DNA of 64,000 nt from Alphaproteobacteria bacterium (GTDB lineage: Bacteria > Pseudomonadota > Alphaproteobacteria > UBA1280 > UBA6503), in assembly GCA_021774615.1 (NCBI GenBank), contig JAJFIW010000003.1:7867-71866 (forward strand). The letters are read 5' to 3'. Below the pieces are notes generated by a model. The model was not told the DNA's origin. It did no database searches and saw only the letters and a program-made list of their open reading frames with translations. Both the position numbers and the translations under genes were made by a program. Shown here piece after piece: positions 58,336-64,000 of the stretch (its first letter is position 1; each line of letters begins with the position of its first letter).

Positions 58336-59376
58336 TTATGGGCAGTTTGTGACATAGCTAATTTTAACTGTAAATGGTGCTTTTAGCACATTATTATAGT
58401 TTGATCTGTAGCATAATCTCCTTAGATCTGGGAATGTATTATATTTTGAGGGTGGTAGGTTTAATAAAGTAAGTAAATCACTATCGTTAACCTCGTCTAG
58501 CTCTGGCGCAACTGCTGCTCTTCCATGAGGGATATAATAATAATTATTTGGTGCAATAACCCCGTCATTAGCATCATGAATAGAATTAGGGAAATAATTT
58601 AGATTTTGCTCCTCCCCAGGCTGGTAAGCACCATCATTATTAAAGTCACAACGAGGGTGTAATAATTCTGGGTTTGCAGTTGTGGCACAGAATATTTTAT
58701 TTTCAATACGAAGAGTTCTCTCGTACTCTTGGAGACGTTTTTGTACGGTTGCAGCTCTTCTATGAGTTTCTAGTGCAGCTTTCTTAACATGTTCAATTGT
58801 AGAGAATTTAACACCAATATCATCACTCATAGGTTTCCAGTTTGTATAATCTGTAATACAGTTAGCTTCAGTATCTTTTCTTAGTATTACACTAGTAGTA
58901 CCGTCATCAGAGCTAATTCCCGAGTCATAGTTTTTATCAGGTCCAGAAGAGTATATAACTACATTATCAACACCAAATAATGTCCCTCCCACATTAATAG
59001 TAGTGTTGCACATACCGAACATCCAGTCATGTCCCCAAGGGTCTTTCTCTAAGGATGAATCCTTTAGATAGTCAACGTCATTTCCTGTAACAACTCTTCC
59101 ATTTACCCAGTCCCTAAGGTTAACTGTAGTCCTAGGTATTAATACGGTATAATTAACGAAATTAGTCCTATCAATGCCTGGGGTAGAAATAAACATTTCT
59201 TCAAGGGCATCAGCTATTTTTTGTACGCCAATATCTGATGACTCAACCCGATTTTTTTCTATTTTACTAACTACTTGTGTTCCGACAACACCAGCCAATA
59301 CACTTACAATTACAAGGGCAACACGAGTGTCCATCGAGAACATCGCACCTCTTTGTGAAGACAGTAATTTAAACAT
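58336..59376 (-). CDS. large prepilin-like protein (class III signal peptide), paralog 1
   Basis: Leader MFKLLSSQRG followed by AMFSMDTRVALVIVSVLAGVVGTQVV (a basic residue + Gly cleavage context, then a 22-aa hydrophobic helix). A Cys-rich C-terminal half shares blocks with the next ORF (DDIG.KFSTI, PRCDFNNDGAYQ.GEE, PNNYYYIP.GRAA). Confidence 0.5.
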   Translation of the reverse strand: MFKLLSSQRGAMFSMDTRVALVIVSVLAGVVGTQVVSKIEKNRVESSDIGVQKIADALEEMFISTPGIDRTNFVNYTVLIPRTTVNLRDWVNGRVVTGNDVDYLKDSSLEKDPWGHDWMFGMCNTTINVGGTLFGVDNVVIYSSGPDKNYDSGISSDDGTTSVILRKDTEANCITDYTNWKPMSDDIGVKFSTIEHVKKAALETHRRAATVQKRLQEYERTLRIENKIFCATTANPELLHPRCDFNNDGAYQPGEEQNLNYFPNSIHDANDGVIAPNNYYYIPHGRAAVAPELDEVNDSDLLTLLNLPPSKYNTFPDLRRLCYRSNYNNVLKAPFTVKISYVTNCP

Positions 59377-59394
59377 TATATTACTATTCCTTGT

Positions 59395-60432
59395 TTATGG
59401 TGTTGGGCAAACTGCCGCATAACTTAATTTAATTGTAAAAGGGGACTGCATATTGCCAGTACGGTTTGACTCGTAGCACAATAATTTACCCCATGGGTCA
59501 GTTGCATAGCTTGCATCTAGACCTAAAGAAATAACAAAAGCTTGCATGCCTGCAAGGTTAAATGCTACATCACCAACCTCGGTACCAGCTGCTGCTCTGC
59601 CATAAGGTATATAGTAATAATTGTTTGGAGGTACCGCTGTATCTACTGTATCAGTAGCCGAACGAGGGAAATAATTTGACCCTATTTCTTCACCTGTTTG
59701 GTAGGCTCCATCATTATTAAAATCGCAGCGTGGGTTTAAAGTCTCAGGGTTTAGTGTAGTAGAACAAAAATCTTGGTTTTCCATAACTTTTGTTGCTTCA
59801 TATGCTTGTAAGGATTCTTGTATAATAATAAGCTTATTCTTCATTTCAGTAATATAAGCTCGCTCAATATCTATAGTGCTAAATTTCATACCAATATCGT
59901 CATTAATTGTGTTCCAAGCTGCAAAATTTGCTACACAAGTAGCATTAGCAAGGATATCACCTGTTCCAGAACTAAGTGTTCGGTCTGGGCCACCAGAATA
60001 TATAACGGCATAATGTACGGTTACTTGAACTCCTTCAATAGTTTGTGTAGCTACACATTTATCAAACGCCCAAGTTTGCCCCCAAGGCTCTTCTACTAAG
60101 GCTGCAGATACTAACCCTGCGTCTATAACTCTGGTTTGGTAGCTACCTAAACCTGTATTAAAGTTAGTTGGTAGAGGGACCAGGGCTGTGTGGCCAGCAG
60201 GTAAACCATTAAGAGCAGTTACAGTAGGTTGAGATTTATAATAGGTCTCAAGCCCATCAACAAGTGCACTTACACTAATTTCGGCTGCTTCTACCCGATT
60301 ACGCTCAACCTTTTGGATAACCTGAGTCCCCACTACGCCAGCTAGCACGCTTGCAATTATTAATGCAATCCGAGCGTCCATCGAGAACATCGCACCTTTT
60401 TGTAGTTTTATTAGGTTTTCAATCATCTTCAT
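59395..60432 (-). CDS. large prepilin-like protein (class III signal peptide), paralog 2
   Basis: Leader MKMIENLIKLQKG then AMFSMDARIALIIASVLAGVVGTQVI. C-terminal conserved Cys-containing blocks are shared with 58336-59376. Confidence 0.5.
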   Translation of the reverse strand: MKMIENLIKLQKGAMFSMDARIALIIASVLAGVVGTQVIQKVERNRVEAAEISVSALVDGLETYYKSQPTVTALNGLPAGHTALVPLPTNFNTGLGSYQTRVIDAGLVSAALVEEPWGQTWAFDKCVATQTIEGVQVTVHYAVIYSGGPDRTLSSGTGDILANATCVANFAAWNTINDDIGMKFSTIDIERAYITEMKNKLIIIQESLQAYEATKVMENQDFCSTTLNPETLNPRCDFNNDGAYQTGEEIGSNYFPRSATDTVDTAVPPNNYYYIPYGRAAAGTEVGDVAFNLAGMQAFVISLGLDASYATDPWGKLLCYESNRTGNMQSPFTIKLSYAAVCPTP

Positions 60433-60447
60433 GCCTTTTTATAAGAG

Positions 60448-61656
60448 TTAATTACCTTTTCTAACGCAACGTGTATTGATACCTAGGCTGCCTTTACCAG
60501 ACTGATAGATAAGCCCGTCACCGAAAGATACTGTGTTTGCAGCACTGTCAGTAGCTTCAGTTGATGTCCAGTATAATTCCCAATCGGTAAATCCACCAAT
60601 AGTGGCTTTGTTTGTATAAAGAGTGCTTAGTTCATTTCTTGATGGTAAGTACCAGTCATCAAAACCATTTAAAACAAGGTTGTGGCATAGTGCTGCTACT
60701 GGGTATTTGGCTGCACCAAGCCCTATATAAGTATCAGTATTTGCTGCACCATCTAGTAGGCTAGTTGCACCAGTTATAACATTCTCAGTAGAAAATACAG
60801 GTGTGCCTGCTTCATCTTGTTCTGCAGATACTAAAGCACCTACACCAGCTGCAAGGCAAATGCCTCCTTGGGCATTGTTGCCTAGGCCTGCACATGAATC
60901 TGGCATTACTATAACGTTATCCATATTCATCGGTACAGTTAAAACTTGTGCCCATGGGGTTGTAGCTTGAAGCTGCGCTATGTTGTCTGAAGTAATAGCA
61001 TAGGTAAATGCTCCTCCCCAGAAATCAGTAGTACTTGATTGTGCTGCAATAGCGGGGTATTCTACAAGTGTTGGGAATCTACCATTCTTTCCCCAGAACG
61101 AATATAATATTTCAGAATATTTTTCCATTCTATCTATAGTTTCTGCAATTTGCTTAGTTCTAATTCCAGATGTATCAATGGTTATAACATCATCACGATT
61201 GTTTATTGTGTCAGCTGCCATTGCAGCTGCATCACCAGCAGTTTCTAGAGCAGTTATTTGTGTGCGAACAAGGTTGTCATCACTTGTTGAAATTATAATT
61301 TGCTGAGAATTGGTACCAACATCTGTTGTAATTGTACCTATAGCAATATTTTGACCAGACCTAGTGCCACCACCAATACTTTTTGCAACAAAGCTATTAA
61401 TAGCGTTGGTATCAACAGCTCCAAATGTACCTGTTGTTTCTGCCATTAGTGCGCCTTCAACGGCTCTTCGGTAAGTATCAGCTGTTTCTTTTGAACGCTG
61501 CTCTTGCTGCTCTTGGATACGCTTCATTTCTAGGTCTGCTTGTATTTTTATACCACCAGAAAGCACTGCCACACCAGCAAGCATACCAAATAGGAACGGA
61601 GAAACCGCCCCTCTTTGACGCACAATAGCGCATTTAATGTAATTTATTAGATCCAA
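60448..61656 (-). CDS. prepilin-like N-terminus fused to a C-terminal DUF1566 (Lcl C-terminal) domain
   Basis: Leader ...IVRQRG then AVSPFLFGMLAGVAVLSGG. C-terminus DWYLPSRNELSTLY...WELYWTSTEATDSAANTVSFGDG...INTRCVRKG matches the DUF1566 consensus (W.LP...EL..L ... YWSST ... VRCVR). Confidence 0.55.
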   Translation of the reverse strand: MDLINYIKCAIVRQRGAVSPFLFGMLAGVAVLSGGIKIQADLEMKRIQEQQEQRSKETADTYRRAVEGALMAETTGTFGAVDTNAINSFVAKSIGGGTRSGQNIAIGTITTDVGTNSQQIIISTSDDNLVRTQITALETAGDAAAMAADTINNRDDVITIDTSGIRTKQIAETIDRMEKYSEILYSFWGKNGRFPTLVEYPAIAAQSSTTDFWGGAFTYAITSDNIAQLQATTPWAQVLTVPMNMDNVIVMPDSCAGLGNNAQGGICLAAGVGALVSAEQDEAGTPVFSTENVITGATSLLDGAANTDTYIGLGAAKYPVAALCHNLVLNGFDDWYLPSRNELSTLYTNKATIGGFTDWELYWTSTEATDSAANTVSFGDGLIYQSGKGSLGINTRCVRKGN

Positions 61657-61682
61657 AATTCCCCCAAACTACTTCTTTTGCT

Positions 61683-62522
61683 TTATAAAGCCATCTTGAT
61701 TGGTAGCACATATTCCACACCATCAACTGACAACATAACTTTACGATGCTTTATAGCAGTTATTGTCACACTTATATTATGTGCATTAGCATTAGAATCT
61801 GCCTGACGTTTTGCTTTCTCTATCCTGTAGTTATTGATTGCTTCATCTCTCAATAATTCAAATTGTTTGTATGTTTTTTCTGAGATGTTCTCACTCGAGG
61901 GCATTTGTGCATTTATAAGTTCGATTATTTTAGGCTCATTATCGGTAATGTGGATTGGCATTAAGAATCTGTCACCAATAGAGAAACGTTGGTTGTTTAT
62001 AACTACATAAGGTGTTGGTGTAACCATCATTGACGATATAACAATTTTGCTTAAATCTTTCTTAAAATCCCTTTGAACTACCTCTGGAGAGGATTGTAGA
62101 GATTCTGTTGTAACAATTGTTCTTAGATAATTACGAAATTCTTCTAAATCCAATTTTTCTTGAATAAATTCCATTGGTAGATCTGGTACCGTAATATCTA
62201 CAGGTAATTGCGGTAATAAAGGTAAAGTTTCTTGTTTCTCTTCAATATTAAATGGATCTATTAAGTCGCGCCTAATAAGCATAGACATTGTTGGCGTGCC
62301 GATCTCTCTGGCGGTTACCTTACCTCTTGCCGCAGGAGTTATGGTGGTAGTATCAGCTTTATCTAGATCTTTTCTTGTAAACTCGAACTCAGCTTGTCCA
62401 GAAGTAAATGAAGACGGCCAGTCAATAGCATTAACCGTTGGTACAGTTATAATAATAAGTAGTAGTATAAAACTACCATTTACTATAGTTGTTTTATTAA
62501 GCTTTATCTGGGTTAGATACAT
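61683..62522 (-). CDS. bitopic periplasmic protein, possible GspC/PilP-like assembly component
   Basis: N-terminal TM/signal segment (SFILLLIIITVPTVNA) and a small beta-rich C-terminal domain (NISVTITAIKHRKVMLSVDGVEYVLPI). The assignment is inferred from position only. Confidence 0.35.
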   Translation of the reverse strand: MYLTQIKLNKTTIVNGSFILLLIIITVPTVNAIDWPSSFTSGQAEFEFTRKDLDKADTTTITPAARGKVTAREIGTPTMSMLIRRDLIDPFNIEEKQETLPLLPQLPVDITVPDLPMEFIQEKLDLEEFRNYLRTIVTTESLQSSPEVVQRDFKKDLSKIVISSMMVTPTPYVVINNQRFSIGDRFLMPIHITDNEPKIIELINAQMPSSENISEKTYKQFELLRDEAINNYRIEKAKRQADSNANAHNISVTITAIKHRKVMLSVDGVEYVLPIKMAL

Positions 62523-62997
62523 AAATTAGCCCTCTAATTAAGATAGGATATTTTCCTTCTTCTTTTGCTACTCCCGACAAACCACATTTAAAACATATAT
62601 GAGTTATAATAAAGCCTGGTGTATTTTCCATTTTCTGCATAAGTTTTATGGTTTCAAAGTAACTAGCATTTCCTCTTATATTAAATTCATGAATATAGAA
62701 AAATCTATTTGCAGGAGCATCTGGTTTTATGTTGGAAGAAAATCTAAATGATAAACTAGTACCACCAAGCTCCAGTGTTCTTTCTATATTTGCTTTTTGG
62801 TCATCACCAGTACGCATTACTAAATTATCTATTTTCGCCTTTCTTTTTTCAAGGTGCTTCATTTCGTCTATTTGGCTTTGCATATGTTTGAACATTTGCT
62901 GCGATTTGTATAAGGCGTCTTTGTCCTCAAAAAATTGGAATGAGCCAATTATTATTGATAAAATAAGCAATGATAATCCTAAAGGAAATTTTATCAT
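62497..62997 (-). CDS. bitopic protein, GspM/PilO-like (TM + coiled coil + periplasmic domain)
   Basis: N-terminal TM helix LGLSLLILSIIIGSF, a coiled-coil region, and a periplasmic domain of about 90 aa. Overlaps neighbouring genes on both sides (operon). Confidence 0.4.
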   Translation of the reverse strand: MIKFPLGLSLLILSIIIGSFQFFEDKDALYKSQQMFKHMQSQIDEMKHLEKRKAKIDNLVMRTGDDQKANIERTLELGGTSLSFRFSSNIKPDAPANRFFYIHEFNIRGNASYFETIKLMQKMENTPGFIITHICFKCGLSGVAKEEGKYPILIRGLIYVSNPDKA

Positions 62998-63977
62998 TTC
63001 GAACTACCTTTACTTGTTGCTGGCTGCTTTGTAGCACCTTGAATTGAGAGGAAATCCAAATACGACTTAGCTACTTTTTCTAATGGTATAAGCCCCTCAA
63101 TCATAAAATCTGTGGGGTTACCTGTAATTGGTGGTTTTCTAATTTTATTTATAGTTAGGCTTGAAGATAGAAACTTCTTGGCAATAGGCTCTTGCTCTTC
63201 ATATGTTGCATAATGTTTTGTACTTGATTTAATCTTCGTTATAAATGCATCAGGCGGTGTTTTCGGATTTGGGTTCTCAAGAATATAGCTAGTTACAACA
63301 AAATTGGTATCTGCTAAAGCAAGGCTTATATCTTTAAAAATTAGAGAGAACAAAGATTGGTATTTTGAATAGCTCTCAATAGTTTGGATATGGTTTACAA
63401 TTGTTCTAAAATCTGGGTTTTGATTGGTCTGAGTTGATAATTTCTTTATTGCATAAGATGATTTTATAATTTGCTGTTGTTGGTATTCAGACACTGTATA
63501 TGCTAATGCTGCTGCTAAAACTCCAGCTAGTAGCATGTAGTCGCCGTATTTCTCTTGTAGGGTAGGTCTATTTATCCACATGTTTGTATTAATAGGCATG
63601 CTTAATAAAGGGTGGAGCTCAATATCCTGTATATCTTTTGCTGGCGATGTGTCCCAATTTGTATAAATATTTTTTTTTGTTGTTCTTGGGTAAGTTTTTA
63701 AAATTAGCTCTAAATCTTGAGGCCAAGTTTCTGGCGATGTGGGCTGTATATAATTATCTTGGCTATCCCAGTGGAAGATAACATCAGCAACAATAATCGC
63801 ATACATAGTATTAGGCGCAGATCTTCCTGAACGACAAAAGTCAAACATAGAAATAGACTTCATTTCTTGAAGCATTTGCTGAGTAGTAATGTCGTCAAGG
63901 TCATCACCAATAATGGTAGATGCAGGGTCCATAGGTTCACCATGAAGGTCTCGAGGAGAGAAAAACCCGAGCATCAT
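62994..63977 (-). CDS. bitopic protein, GspL/PilN-like (cytoplasmic domain, central TM, periplasmic domain); start may lie at or beyond the window edge
   Basis: A cytoplasmic segment of about 140 aa, a TM helix YGDYMLLAGVLAAALAYTV, and a periplasmic domain of about 170 aa. The gene order resembles gspL-M-(C)-pseudopilins-O. Confidence 0.4.
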   Translation of the reverse strand: MMLGFFSPRDLHGEPMDPASTIIGDDLDDITTQQMLQEMKSISMFDFCRSGRSAPNTMYAIIVADVIFHWDSQDNYIQPTSPETWPQDLELILKTYPRTTKKNIYTNWDTSPAKDIQDIELHPLLSMPINTNMWINRPTLQEKYGDYMLLAGVLAAALAYTVSEYQQQQIIKSSYAIKKLSTQTNQNPDFRTIVNHIQTIESYSKYQSLFSLIFKDISLALADTNFVVTSYILENPNPKTPPDAFITKIKSSTKHYATYEEQEPIAKKFLSSSLTINKIRKPPITGNPTDFMIEGLIPLEKVAKSYLDFLSIQGATKQPATSKGSSK

Positions 63978-64000
63978 ATTACGCCGTGACTGCTCATCTG

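Noticed and set aside
1-64000. CRISPR arrays, tRNA/rRNA genes, IS elements, prophage remnants
   Set aside because: No direct-repeat/spacer periodicity, no tRNA-like cloverleaf candidates in intergenic regions, and no transposase, integrase or phage structural motifs were seen by eye. A tRNAscan/Infernal pass would be needed to exclude small RNAs rigorously.

Overview
Almost all of this 64-kb window is coding DNA from a fairly AT-rich proteobacterial chromosome. The ribosomal protein types (S4/rpsD, L33/rpmG) and the lgt–MidA-like–pgeF gene order suggest an alphaproteobacterium, possibly a host-associated lineage, but this is inference. I saw no transposase, integrase, prophage, CRISPR array, rRNA or tRNA.

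In map order the recognisable content is as follows.
- 1–1000: a 3'-truncated thiolase gene and RNase P RNA (rnpB, minus strand).
- 1026–3456: a YgjP/DUF45-like hydrolase and a sodium:solute symporter with a small DUF4212-like partner.
- 3643–8366: a c-di-GMP block made of a membrane EAL protein with degenerate motifs, two tandem tail-anchored small paralogs, and a membrane diguanylate cyclase with a GGDEY motif.
- 8711–11373: an NtrC-family sigma54 activator, bolA, xthA and rpmG (GTG start).
- 11505–20845: prpB-prpC-prpD, three small secreted proteins, an acyl-CoA dehydrogenase and a 1179-aa fused indolepyruvate/2-oxoacid:ferredoxin oxidoreductase.
- 20923–32758: argS; a sensor-less histidine kinase with a LuxR-type regulator; a 754-aa orphan membrane-anchored protein with a DsbA-like partner; fdxA; a GT4 glycosyltransferase; a second minimal histidine kinase; glmS; and a GlmU that has only the uridyltransferase domain.
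- 33047–41461: a SAM methyltransferase preceded by three perfect palindromes, a 711-aa autotransporter, a DUF1294 protein, an LD-carboxypeptidase and putA.
- 41637–57676: a TcpQ-like protein plus a lipoprotein secretin, rpsD, a DegP-like protease, uvrB, uvrC, asmA, pgeF, a MidA-like methyltransferase, lgt, proC, a GntR/FadR regulator and a J-domain protein.
- 57695–64000: a short A24 prepilin peptidase followed by three unusually large (345–402 aa) prepilin-like proteins, one ending in a DUF1566 (Lcl-type) domain, then three bitopic assembly-like proteins that run off the window edge.

The best candidates for an undescribed system are these.
1. The type IV filament / T2SS-like locus at 57.7–64 kb with giant pilins and a DUF1566 fusion, together with the unlinked lipoprotein secretin operon at 41.6–44.1 kb.
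2. A ~100-nt structured repeat present as two inverted copies (505–612 and 8605–8705). Each abuts a transcript 3' end and together they bracket the rnpB/c-di-GMP block.
3. A perfect sigma54 promoter followed about 70 nt later by a terminator (candidate small RNA), lying beside the NtrC-family gene.
4. A GlmU truncated to its uridyltransferase domain.
5. Two sets of tandem small paralogs: tail-anchored proteins inside the c-di-GMP block, and secreted Cys-pair proteins next to prpD.

I read the sequence by eye with help from the ORF track. Motif coordinates may be off by a base or two, and no database search was possible.
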